Positions 1-20,900 of a DNA stretch of 64,000 nucleotides are shown one piece after another. Source of the DNA: Callorhinchus milii (lineage: Eukaryota); NCBI RefSeq assembly GCF_018977255.1, contig NW_024704769.1, positions 4,092,001-4,156,000 on the forward strand, given 5' to 3'. The notes below the pieces were generated by a model that did not search any database, was not told where the DNA came from, and was given only the letters and a program-made list of their open reading frames with translations. The translations under genes and the position numbers were made by a program. Numbering within the stretch: position 1 is the first letter of the stretch; the number at the start of each line of letters is the position of its first letter.

Positions 1-1
1 C

Positions 2-9684
<9,683 letters not shown>

Positions 9685-9690
<6 letters not shown>

Positions 9691-9830
9691 GATGGCGTCC
9701 TCCCGGCCTCTCCACTCGCGCTCCGGGGGTGGACCTCACTTCCGCTTCCGGGTCACATACGGCGCGGCGTTGGGCGTTACTTTGTGGGCGTGAAACCCGC
9801 CCCCATCGGGCTATTTCCCGCCCCACTCGC
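9685..9830 (-). promoter_or_regulatory. SNRNP200 CpG-island core promoter (ETS/GABP, YY1 and E2F-like motifs)
   Basis: CpG-rich region. Tandem CACTTCCGCTTCCGG at ~9738-9752 (ETS/GABP cores). Palindromic CGCCATgATGGCG at 9685-9697 spans the start codon (YY1 cores). TTTCCCGCC at ~9814-9822 is E2F-like. No TATA box seen. Confidence 0.6.
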
Positions 9831-10567
9831 TGTTTGGGGTCTGACACCAAATGGCTTTGGCGGAGGGGAGGGGATGGGGGGGGTCGTTATTTTTGGAATA
9901 ATCATCATCACCATCATCATCGCATCTGACGCCGTCCCTCCTCCGCACCTCGAGACGTCCGACCGACCGACGTGGAAGGCGCTCTATAAAGGCAGTGTGT
10001 GTCCGCGTCATCGCACGTCGTCGAGACGCCTCAAAGCGCTTCAGGGGATGACACTGTGAGGTGGAGTGACTGTGCGAGTTTGCGCGCAGCAGTGTCCCGC
10101 GAGGTCGTGGAGTGAGCGGCCAATTTTATTGGGGGGGGGAGGAGTTGTTTTGTTGGCCAGGAACACTGGGAGAGAGAACCCCACCCCCACTACCCCGTCT
10201 CTTTTCGCATCGCGGGCGCAGTGGGTTTAACGTCCTCCCGAACAGGTTTAATGCCTTATCCGAAGGGAGGAACTTCCGACAATGCAACACGTCCCCAGCG
10301 TTTGCATTGGAGCATCAGCTGCGCCTGTGTGATTCCAAGTCCCGAAGTGGGGTGGGGGGCTTGAACCCAGACCTTCCGTTAGTTTCGAAAGCACTAACTT
10401 AATTTGGCCACTCTACTACCTATATAAGTCAGCTATTTGGTTCACTTTGGGCTACAAATGTATTTTAATTCCTGGCAATGTTAGTTTCTGACTATCCCAG
10501 CTGATGTGTGGGAAACCTTTCCTCACTTTTTTTTTGATCAGCTGACAGTCGCTCAAACCCTGTGCAT

Positions 10568-10845
10568 CCCACCTACACATGGAAATCCCAGAGATTGTTG
10601 GAATGACATGTGCGAGCTCAGCTCTCTCTGGGTGGAATCGTCCCGCTCACCTAATTCCGCAAAGTATTAGGCACAGGTTGGCAAGAGCCAAGGCTTGGGG
10701 GCACCCCAGAGTGTGTGTTGGGATAATTGCTGAAGCCTAGTCGGCTAAAACCACATAACTTGCAAAGGATATTACTGTCTGGCAAGCTTTCCCACTGGTT
10801 ATCCAGCTAGAACCGCCCTACCCGTTAGGGCTTTGGCTTGCAGGA
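10568..10845 (+). repeat. Unclassified dispersed repeat (copy 1 of at least 5)
   Basis: Shares cacctacacatggaaatcccagaga...gagccaaggct...cccagagtgtg with 18247-18525, 47085-47315, 30105-30255 (minus) and 42840-42935. Confidence 0.8.
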
Positions 10846-12052
10846 AACATTCCTCACTTTCAGCAAAAGAACTGTTTGCCCTGTTTGCTTGGAAAACGGC
10901 TGCAAAGTTGGGGGGGGGGGGGGGGGGCGGGCGGACACTGACCCTATTTAAAATGCAGCAAATAAGACTTAGATCACACTGCAGAATACAGAAGCCAGAG
11001 ACGAATGAGGCCCCAGCTGCAGTGAGTTCCTCAGAGAAGTTTTCATGCTTCATCCAGTTATGGACAGCTGGTGACTGCTCAGCAATGCTTGGCCACAAAG
11101 CCTTATGCAATTCAATTAAGAAAAGCTGAGAGCATCCAACAAACGTGACTGCTTACTGACATTGTAAGGATAAGCTTTCCAAAGCCTTAAAGACTGCTTT
11201 GACCTTGTTCAGCAACCCTAAGCTAACTCATTGCTGCTCATGCAAAGAAATGTCAAATTGATGCTCACTGACACCTGGAAGGATAGATCATCAGGACATA
11301 ATAATAACAGCTTATCATGTTATTGAGGCGTCTCAAAGCGCTTTAAAATAAACTATAGTGAATTGACTATATTTTGAGGACGAAACACAGCATCCAATTG
11401 TGCACAGCAACAACAACAACAAAAATTACACTTGTATAGAGCCTTTCACATCGGATGGACATCCCAAGGCACTGGAAGTCTCAAGGCACAGGAGTGTCCC
11501 ACACAGTCATGGATTGAGTGACCAAATTATTATCTTTTTTTTAAAAAAGGGATCACCGGAAAAGCGACTGACAAACATGTTCCTACATACTGCTAGATAA
11601 ACAGAGGCATGTGTGTGGGGTAAGGAAACTTGTTCAATGTTTCGCCCCACCTGGAAATTGAACCAAACACTGAGCTACAAGACTCCACATAGAACTGAGG
11701 TCTACAAGAGTCCCAGTGGTGCTTTTGAGTGAGATCAGAAATCTCAGCTGTCAAGGACATTTTCTTATCTGTGCAGCGCAGCTTGGTTTCATACTTAGTC
11801 ACTTTAGCCACCACCCAGAAGCTGTGAACATTTTGAACCAGTTAAGACTAGAATATAGTTAAGAGGGTGAGGGTCACTTTGGGGCTTGACCACACATTGG
11901 AGCTTGAACTCGCCCAAGGTCAAACCCAGGTCTTTTTGCTTGCGAGGCCTCTAACCACTACACTGCGGACTCCATGTGCTACATTTGGGCATCAGCACAC
12001 AAAGCTTTGAAGAAACAGATGGAAAAGACTAGTAAAATAAGGCGTGCCAATC

Positions 12053-12247
12053 TTTAATGAAAACACGTATCTTTACTTGAATTACAAATGGGTAATTGAT
12101 TCTAAGTTGAAATTTCTATGGAAGACTTTGTAAAACAATTGTGTGCGCTTGACTCACACTTGATCCTCCCACCTCTTTGGTTCCTTCGTCAGCACTGAGT
12201 GCCTTTCAGTTCATCACAATATCAACATCGCTGACCATTGCTTTATT
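12053..12247 (-). terminator. Candidate polyadenylation signals of SLC20A1
   Basis: Minus-strand AATAAA at 12242-12247 and ATTAAA at 12053-12058, in repeat-free sequence downstream of the stop codon. Confidence 0.5.
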
Positions 12248-12859
12248 CAATACTTGCTTCAAGTGAGAAATATCTACAAAAAGCTGCTCACCAGCTAATT
12301 ATAGTTCACAGTGTTAAACAGCAATTCGCCTTAATAAAAAATACATGCATCGATGAAACGCTCAAAATGAAACTCATACCAAAAAAAGGCTCAGAAATGA
12401 GTACTCAAGCGCCACAAAGCTCAAGACAGTTAAACTTAAGTTTGTCATTGTAAAATCTCTACAGCACATACTCAGCAAGTTGGACTCCATTAATACATTG
12501 AGAAGGGTTCGAGGAACAATTAGATGTCAGACGCACAGTCTGCACGTTCGACTCAGGATCAAAGCTCTATTGAAGCACGCTGCCAGGATAATGGGGCATC
12601 GGGCTCTGAACATGGTACAACGCAGGGTTGGTTGGTTGGTTGCGCGGTTGATCTATGCCGGGGTGCTCCAACCTTTTGGCTGCCGGGAGCCGGGTGCAAA
12701 CCCTATTTGAGGAACGTCCGCAGGCTGCAAAAGCAACATTTTTGTGTTTCCCTTCCAGAAACATAACATTTACAGGTTATGGAGGGAGCGGGCGGGCCAG
12801 GTGAGATGGAGGGAGGGGACTGTATTCGACCCGTGGGCTGCCAGTTGGACCACCCTGAT

Positions 12860-15800
12860 CTATAAGATAACATATTTGAAGAGAGCCATGAAGGCAGCAC
12901 TGATCAAACCAGCAATGGGCACGGTGACAAACCATGCGATGAATATGTTACGGAACAGGTGCCAGTCCACGGCTTTTTTTGCTCGCATCCAGCCCACGGC
13001 GACAACCGAACCCACCTGCGAGAGAGAGAGAGAAAAGACATCGAGTTGAATGAACTTCACGGTTTGACAAGACCCAGTAATAAAGGCAGACTTGTAAAAA
13101 CAGCTCACAACAGGAGAAACTGGCACAAATTCATTAATCCTCGCATTGGATTGTGGCACCTTTCACATCAGGATAGCTCAAAGCACTTCACTGTTCATAT
13201 TGGAGTGCAACGACAACAACAACTTGCATTTAAATAGCTCCTCTCACTCTGGGGAGTGTCTTAGAGCACTCGAGTGCAGTGACCATTTTGTGGGCAAATG
13301 CAGGATTTAATCTTATGGACACTTTTGTCCCATAAACAGCTATGTAGTGAATTGATTTGGGGGATTGTTGGCCAGGACACCAGGAGAGAGAGAGAGAGAA
13401 ACTCCCTTCTCTTTTCAAATAGTGCTACGGGATCTTTAAGGTCTAGCTGAAGAGGCAGATGATGAAATATTTTAGGAGGGATTCCCTGAATGAGTCAACA
13501 TGAACTCCAAAGACTGTTCTGTCCTTCCAAGTCCTGCTGAGCAGACAGACAGGCTGGGCTGACAATAACAATGCTCAGAGTATTATTAATCCACTATCGA
13601 AAACACCACAGATCGCCAAGTACTTATAGCGGAGTGGGTACAACATGAAGAATTCAACCTGGGAATCTGAATTGAGATTATTGAAGACCTTCCTCCTCGA
13701 CTGCACCTTTGTATAGCGCCTTTCACATCAAGGGAATGTCTCAAGGCCCTGGACAGTCAGGGATTTGGTCCCAAGCTTGGGGGGGGGTTGGGATCAGGGA
13801 GGGTGTGGGGCAGGCAGAGTGGCCAAAGGTGCAGTCGAAGAGGAAGGTCTTCAATAATCTCAATTCAGATTCCCAGGTTGGATTCTTCATTTAACTGAAA
13901 AAGCATTCAATTTCATCTGAGAGGCTACATAGTTTAGTCACTGTAGAAACTCAGTTGCCAGACAGACACTCACCTTGCAGTGTGTGGTACTAATAGGAAA
14001 ACCAATGTTCGATGCAATCACGACAGTCACGGCTGAGGCCAACTCAATACTGAAACCACTGCAGAGGGAAGAAAACACACAATTAGTTTTCCCAGCACTT
14101 ATTCAGCTGTCATTTTACGTCTGAAGTTAAGTGACTGCTTTATCCATGGATTATCACAGGAGGGTCTTGAGACGGGCCTTGAAGGAGGCGAGGGAGTGAG
14201 CGAGTGAGGCGGAGGGATTATGGGATGGATTTCCAGAGGGTGGGGGTAGAGGATACGCAGAGCATTTCTAACATTTCTCATCTTATATTCCACTGACGAG
14301 TTTTGATAGGTGGCAAAAAGGCCAACTAGATGTGGGAAACCGTATTTAAGTGTAAGCAGACTCCCCAAACCAATCACCACATAGGAGATCACTTCACCCA
14401 CTCTCGGCTCACCTGGAGGGGGTAATTGGAGTCAGGTCCTTGCCCATGGTCTGAATGACTCTGCGACCCCAGACCCACAGGCCCAGGCAGATTCCCACCC
14501 CACCGTACAACAGGATCCAGATGGGAGTATCAGCTTCAGAATTAATGCTCCCCGTGGAGTAAACGATATAGAGAGCAACCAAAGGTCCAATCGCATTGCT
14601 GAGGATCACAAGACACAATGAACATACAGGTTAGTTGAAGTAGAAACAGAATGAAAAGTGCAGTCCCAAACCCAGGTGATACACTGAAGCAAGGACTAGC
14701 CAGCCTGAAGGTTATATAATAATCCTTGCATTTGATATATCGCTTTTTCACGTCGTTGAGACGTCTCAAAGTGGATCTACTGTATATTTTGTGGGCGAAA
14801 CGTGGCAGCCAATTGCACGCAGCAGTGTCCCACAAACAGTCGAACATACAATCAATTCACTTTACAGGACATTCTGTGAAGCACTGAGACGTCTCACCGA
14901 CATAAGGTACATATCAAATGCAAAGATTAATATTATTGGAGGACAAATTGTTTTTTCCTTTGGAGGGATTATTACCTTCACCCCCGAATGCGATGCACCA
15001 ATCGACTAACAACCAGGTTTCTACTTACTAATCAGGTAAACATGTGGAGTAAGGAAACTTGCCTCAGGTTCCCCCCTTAATGGTCTAAATAGTCATAACG
15101 AGGTTCCATAATAATAATCCTTGCATTTGATACAGCGCCTTATCGTGTCATCGAGACGTCTCAAAGCGCTTCACAGAATACACTGCAAAGTGGAGTGACT
15201 GTATATTTTGTGGGCCAAATGATCCGTATGTTGCTTACCTGACGTCATTACCACCGTGAGCAAAGGAGCCGAAGCAGGCGGTCAGGATCTGCAAGAACTG
15301 GAACAGCAGCGAGACCTCATGTTTCTCCTTCTCCTGCCAATCCTCCAGAGACCCATCACTGCACTTGCGTTCCGCCGCCACGTCCACCGTGACCACCTCG
15401 CCCTCCGGGGTTTTGCTGGAGTGAGCCATGGCGTTGCAGTAGCTGCTGTAGCTGTCTTGACGGATGCGTTTCTTGGGTTCGAAGCCGGATCCAGTCAGTT
15501 TCTCCATCTCTTCGGCCTTGGCTGCTGCTTCTTTGTGCTTGAGGGGCATGCCGCAGATGGCCATGGTGTAGCACGTGTAGCTGTTGTTTCGCCTGAGCGG
15601 TTTACAGTTCACGTCGGCCAAATCTCCACCGCAGTCGATCATCTTGGATAAGTGTAGCTTGTGGAGGAGCTCCTTGTACAGCCCGGAATCCTTGTGCACG
15701 GTGTGATAGTGGCCGTTGTAACCATTGGTGCTGGTCTGGTTACTAACCACCTGGTTAAACTGTGCGTTATTGCTTCCAAAGTGCATGGTCCCTGCAACAG

Positions 15801-18800
15801 ACGAACACACCTGTTATCACAGGCGCTAAAGAGGACAGGGTAACCGTCCCTTACTGTAGCAGTGGGCGGGATCACTGTTTATGTGATCGGGAGGCGGAGG
15901 GCGACTGAAAGTGCGGCGGAAGAGGAGGGTCTTGAGACGCGTCTTGAAGGAGGCGAGGGAGGGAGCGAGGTGACGGGACTGTGGGATGGAGCTCCAGAGG
16001 GTGGAGGCAGAGAGGCTAAAGGCCCGAGCACCGATGGTGGGATGTGGAGCGAGCCGGAGCCCGCTGAACGGACGGGTTGGTACGGAACAGGTTAAGTCCC
16101 CGACCTACTAAACGATGCACGTCAGAGACGACCTTAAAATAGATAACCTCAAAACAGGTCTTTTTTTTCTCTCCACATCGAAGTGCCGCAGTGACCTACC
16201 GTTCATCACGTTGTCGACGTTGGTTTCTTTCGTCTCTTCGGCAAAGCCGCCGTCTTTAGCCGCGTCCTCTGGCAAGTCCCCGATAAACGCAATCCTCCCG
16301 CTCGGCTTCTCCAAGTTGTGATCGAGGGGGAGAATATCTGAACCCCCGGCCACGGGAGGCACGCTCATTTCAGCCACCGCCCCGTCACCCAACAACACCT
16401 TCGCCTCCAGATCCTCCTTGGCTTCTCCTTGGTACACCTCTTCGTCGTGCTTATCCAGGGCCTGGTTGTAATCCGCTCTCTTCTCTCCTGTTGGGCACAG
16501 TTACACTGCCTTGTCAAGCTTCAACCGCCATCGCTGTGCATCGAGAAAACAAATGGGTTACTTCCACGCTGAAACGTGCCTCGCTAGGTGTCACGGACTC
16601 AGACGAAGGAGTCCGCGTTAGCCCACTCAATAATACTTGCATTTGATAAAAGTGCCTGATCACGTCTTTGAGACGTCTCAAAGCACTTCACAGAATATAC
16701 ACAGAAAGTGTAGTGACTGTATTTTGTGGGCGAAACGCAGCAGCTAATTGCCCGCACCAGTGTCCCACAAACAGGCATGGAATGAGCGACCAAATTATTA
16801 TTTTTTCTTACAAATTCAACATTTTCTTGTTAGATCACAGCTCTAGTGCTTAATGTGAAGGGATTATTACCCCTAAACAACTAATCTAGATAAGACCAAG
16901 AGATACTGACCTGTATGGCATAGAACAGTTCACACAGGGAAGATTTTTGCCAGGTACCACCCTTCCCTATCAGGTCACCATTCACCCCACAGACTGAAGC
17001 ATTAGAATGTTACTTACTTTCTATCTTTTTCTTCATCCTGGGGCAGATGATGAACCACACAACAATGGCAGTGATTAGAGCGCTCCCAATCGTAATCAGT
17101 ACCGTCCCCCAGAGCGGAATGTAATTAAATCCCAGCACTGTGGAATGAAAGTCATAATTTTAGTTAAACGCTAAAAATTTATCTACCACTTCCCATCATT
17201 CTCATAAGCCTCAAAAGAAAGTTTTATCAAGACTTGTCAAAGCACTTCACAGGGTATACTGTGGAGTGACTATTTTGTGGGTGAAACATGGCAGCCAATT
17301 GCGCATAGCAGTGCCCCACAAACAACCATGGAGTAACAGATGTAGAGAGAAAGTCAGAAAGGGAGAGTGAAGGCAACGTCCCACAAACAGTCACAGAGGG
17401 ACCAACTTTATCTGGTGGATTGTTGGCCAGGACACTGAGAGAGAAATTCCTTTTTTTCCTGAATAGCGCCATGGGATCTTTAACATCCATCTGCACAGGC
17501 AGCCTGGCTGCTCGGTTTAACGTCACCAAATAGTGAGCTGAAAGCCAGCTGACCCTCTTCAAGATGCTGTCTCCTGTGTACTTAGGAAGTGAAGGCAACC
17601 TAATGACCCAGAAGTTGGCCATCTTGTGCAGTAAGCCAGACAGACAGAAACAGGCTATCATAATCATGCCCCCTTAAATAACGTTCAAATAACAGAACTG
17701 GCCCTCAGAAGTACTGCAAATATCTGCTGTTACTTACAAGGTGCTCCAGTGTACATAATTGAGAACAAATTGATTCCAATTGTACAGGCGTAGAAGATGG
17801 GAAGAGCGCGGAGTCCATTTGGCACAGGGTCAGCCTGGAACAGATGAACAGTTCAGTTTAACTATCCAAAGATTGTACGTGGAACTGGTTAAGTCTCCAA
17901 TGTACTGCACAGAAGTTGGCCTTTAAATTCATTGCATCTATGCCAGGTTTTGACATTACAGCACAAGGTTTGCAACCCAAACAAAAGCACTCCACTCGAC
18001 AATGTGTTTAATAGAGGTGTGAGATAACCACCTCACTTTGGCTCCAATCAACTGGACAAGTCACACTATACAATGCTATCGTTTTCTGAACACAAACCTA
18101 GAATTGTCAGCCTTACCTTACGCAGGATGAAGTAACGAACAATGAAAAAGACACCAGAAGACATAATGCCGGAGAGGAGCGGGGAGATGAACCAGGAAGC
18201 CACTGGAGCAGAGAGGAAACCAAAACAACGTCAGAATAAGCTTGGCACCTACACATGGAAATTCCAGATAGATTGTTGGAATGGAATGTGCACTCTCCCT
18301 CTCTGTGTGAAGGGACACATCCTGCTTACCTAACTCCAGAAAGTGATAGCCAAGAGCCAAGGCTGGAAGTGGGGGGTGTGGAGCCCAGAGTGTGCATTAG
18401 GGTAACTGCCGGAGTCTAACCAGCTAAAATGGCATAGCTTGCCATCGATATCGCTGCCTGGCAAGCTTTACCACTCTTTGTCCAGCTCGGACCATCCTAT
18501 CAATTAGGGCTTTGGCTTGCAGGGTTAACAGGAGCTGAGTGGGAGGATTCCCTGGCCCCAGTGACAGGTCTCCCCTTCTAGGTCCCGTCAATGAGCCAAA
18601 GCTTGGGGACTGCAGTGTGCGTTGGGGTACCTTTTCTTTAACAACTAATGGTTAGGGTCTATCTAGGTGATGAGCACTAACAGAGAGGCATTTCAGCTCA
18701 GTTAACAACTTACCAATTTTGAGCAAAGCAATCCACTTGATACCTTGAGTCCCTGTCGCCACCAAGGAGAAGCCGAGAGTAGCACCCACAATGCAGTGAG

Positions 18801-19273
18801 TACCTGATATAGGGAGCTTCAAAAATGAAGCCAGCAGCTGCCAGGCAGCAGAACCTGAGGGAACAAGCAAAAGTCATCAGCCATAATAATAATCCTTGTT
18901 CTTGATATGGCGCCTTATCACGTCGTCGAGACGTATCAAAGCTGAATGGACTCTGTTTACTCAAACCACACATGATGTTCAACTCACCAAACATGGCACT
19001 GACTGACCCAGCCATTAGCACTTGACTCGAGTTGAACATGTTCACATCGATGATTCCTTTGCGGATAGTCTCACTCACTTTGGCACCCAGCAGCACAGAC
19101 CCGACTGTCTCGAAGATGGATGCCAGGATGCAGGCCTCCCTCAGCGTCAACACTCCCGAACCAACTGCTGTCCCAAACGAGTTGGCCACATCATTGGCTC
19201 CCACCGAGAACGCCAGGACAAACGCGATGATGAATCCAGTTATCGCCAACCACAGATACTCTTCGACGGCCAT
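12860..19273 (-). CDS. SLC20A1: Sodium-dependent phosphate transporter 1 (PiT-1), complete, 10 coding exons, 665 aa
   Basis: Coding exons (minus): 18988-19273, 18714-18854, 18117-18202, 17738-17834, 17018-17137, 16200-16487, 15239-15791, 14413-14598, 13974-14058, 12860-13015; total 1998 nt. PiT signatures GANDVAN and HGGNDVSN are present. SLC20A1-type residues include [25 protein letters not shown] and [18 protein letters not shown]. Confidence 0.96.
13645..13890. repeat. Inverted repeat (67-bp arms) enclosing an L2 3' end in the last SLC20A1 intron
   Basis: 13645-13711 is the reverse complement of 13824-13890 with 2 mismatches. Confidence 0.95.
18247..18525 (+). repeat. Unclassified dispersed repeat copy
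   Basis: Colinear with 10568-10845 up to ttagggctttggcttgcagg. Confidence 0.8.
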
Positions 19274-19564
19274 GCCTACTTTCTGGTCACGCTTCGTTGG
19301 TAGGTACGGAGTTTTAAAAAAATACTATGGACTTAAATATACAAAATAAGGTAACAAAATAGCTTGATATGTAATAAATAATTCTAATTAAATAGGGGGG
19401 AACGGGGTATTGATTAGCAACAAGCACTGCACTCCAATGTTGTGCAGCAGTAAATGCTATCCACTGTGCTTAAAAGTCCGTCTTAAACAGTGTCTACAAC
19501 ACTGAACACTTAGAGAGATTGAAGAGAGATGCATCGTGGATGTAGAGTTGGGCTGTTCTTCATC
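19274..19564 (-). other. SLC20A1: SLC20A1 5'UTR portion of exon 2
   Basis: Pyrimidine tract plus AG acceptor at 19565-19566 (ctttctccacag|GATG). The sequence is continuous to the ATG at 19273. Confidence 0.7.
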
Positions 19565-20304
19565 CTGTGGAGAAAGCGCAGAGACGTACGATAAACACAC
19601 AGTCATAATTTCAGGCAATTTAGCTGTCCCCATAGATTCCAAAAGCTAGTTAATATCTTCCAGCATAAAGATATTACTCCTCTTATCCTACCCCATTTTC
19701 ATCATACATACGGCGCTATATAATTACGTGTTGGATTGCTGTCACTAACACTCATTAAAATAATAATCCTTGCATTTAATATAGTACCCTATCATGTCGT
19801 TGAGATGTCTCAAAGTGGTTCACAGTATATAAAGCAAAGTCTGGTGACTGTAAATTTTGTGGGTGAAACGCAGCACACCACAGTGTCCCACAAACAGTTG
19901 TGGATTGAGTTACCAAATTATTAATTATACTAACAAGTTTGAGATTTTACTGCAACTCGATTTTGTAAAATATGTAATGTCTACCCATTTTCCCTGAGAG
20001 GCAAATGGCCAGTTTGATGGCACACAGGCATTCCTGATCTTAACTGCGTGACAATTAACTCTCTAGGAATGTGGAAACACTATCTCACAGGGCAGGATTG
20101 TTCTTTAAAAGGAGCTCAAGAAAAAGGAATCCTTCCAAGAGCATCCGCATTGGCATAGTAATATATTTGCTGTCATTATAATATGGACAAGTTAAAACCA
20201 GCAGTCAAAAGCCCGAGCAGTTAGGATACATCCTGTGAAATTCAGTTCCTTACTGGTTTGTGCAACAGCCTGGATAAATCACCAGTAGTTTAAGGATCTG
20301 TTGA

Positions 20305-20900
20305 TATCATAGAATCATACAGTACAGAAGGAGGCCATTCGACCCACCGTGTTTGTGCCAGCTCTTTGAAAAGAGCTTTCAATTCAATCCCCGCACTCTC
20401 CCCACAGCCCCGCAAACTTGTCCTCGCCAAATAATTATCTACTTCTCTCTTAAAAGTGGTTATTGAATTGGCTTCCACCACCCTTTCAGGCAATGTGTTC
20501 CAGATCCAAACAACTCGCTGTGTGAAAAAAAATGTCTCCTCATCTCCCCCTCTGCGTCTTTCAACAACTATTCTAAATAGATGTCCCCGGGTTACCGACC
20601 CACCCGCCAGGCTCTCCCAGACAGTTCTGTATCCGCTGCTACTGTCCCTTTAATACCATAAGTTTCTATTTTGCTCACAAGTCTCTTATGTGGCATTTTA
20701 TCAAACGCCTTTTGAAAATCCATATAAACTACATCAACTGCTCTACCTTCATCCACCCTCTCCGTTACTTCATCAAAAAGCTCTGTCGGGTTTGTTAGAC
20801 ACGATTTGCCTTTAACAAACCCGTGTTGGTTGTCCTTTATTAACCCATACTTTTCTAAGTGAAAATTTATTTTGTCCCGGATAATAGTCTCTAGGATTAT
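20305..20900 (-). mobile_element. Internally deleted CR1 LINE (RT fragment joined to the 3' end)
   Basis: ORF 20592-20960 encodes QHGFVKGKSCLTN...VDVVYMDFQKAFDKMPHKRL (CR1 RT). ORF 20290-20493 encodes PERVVEANSITTFKREVDNYL (ORF2 C-terminus), followed by the gaatggcctccttctgtactgtatgattctatgat tail. Confidence 0.9.
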
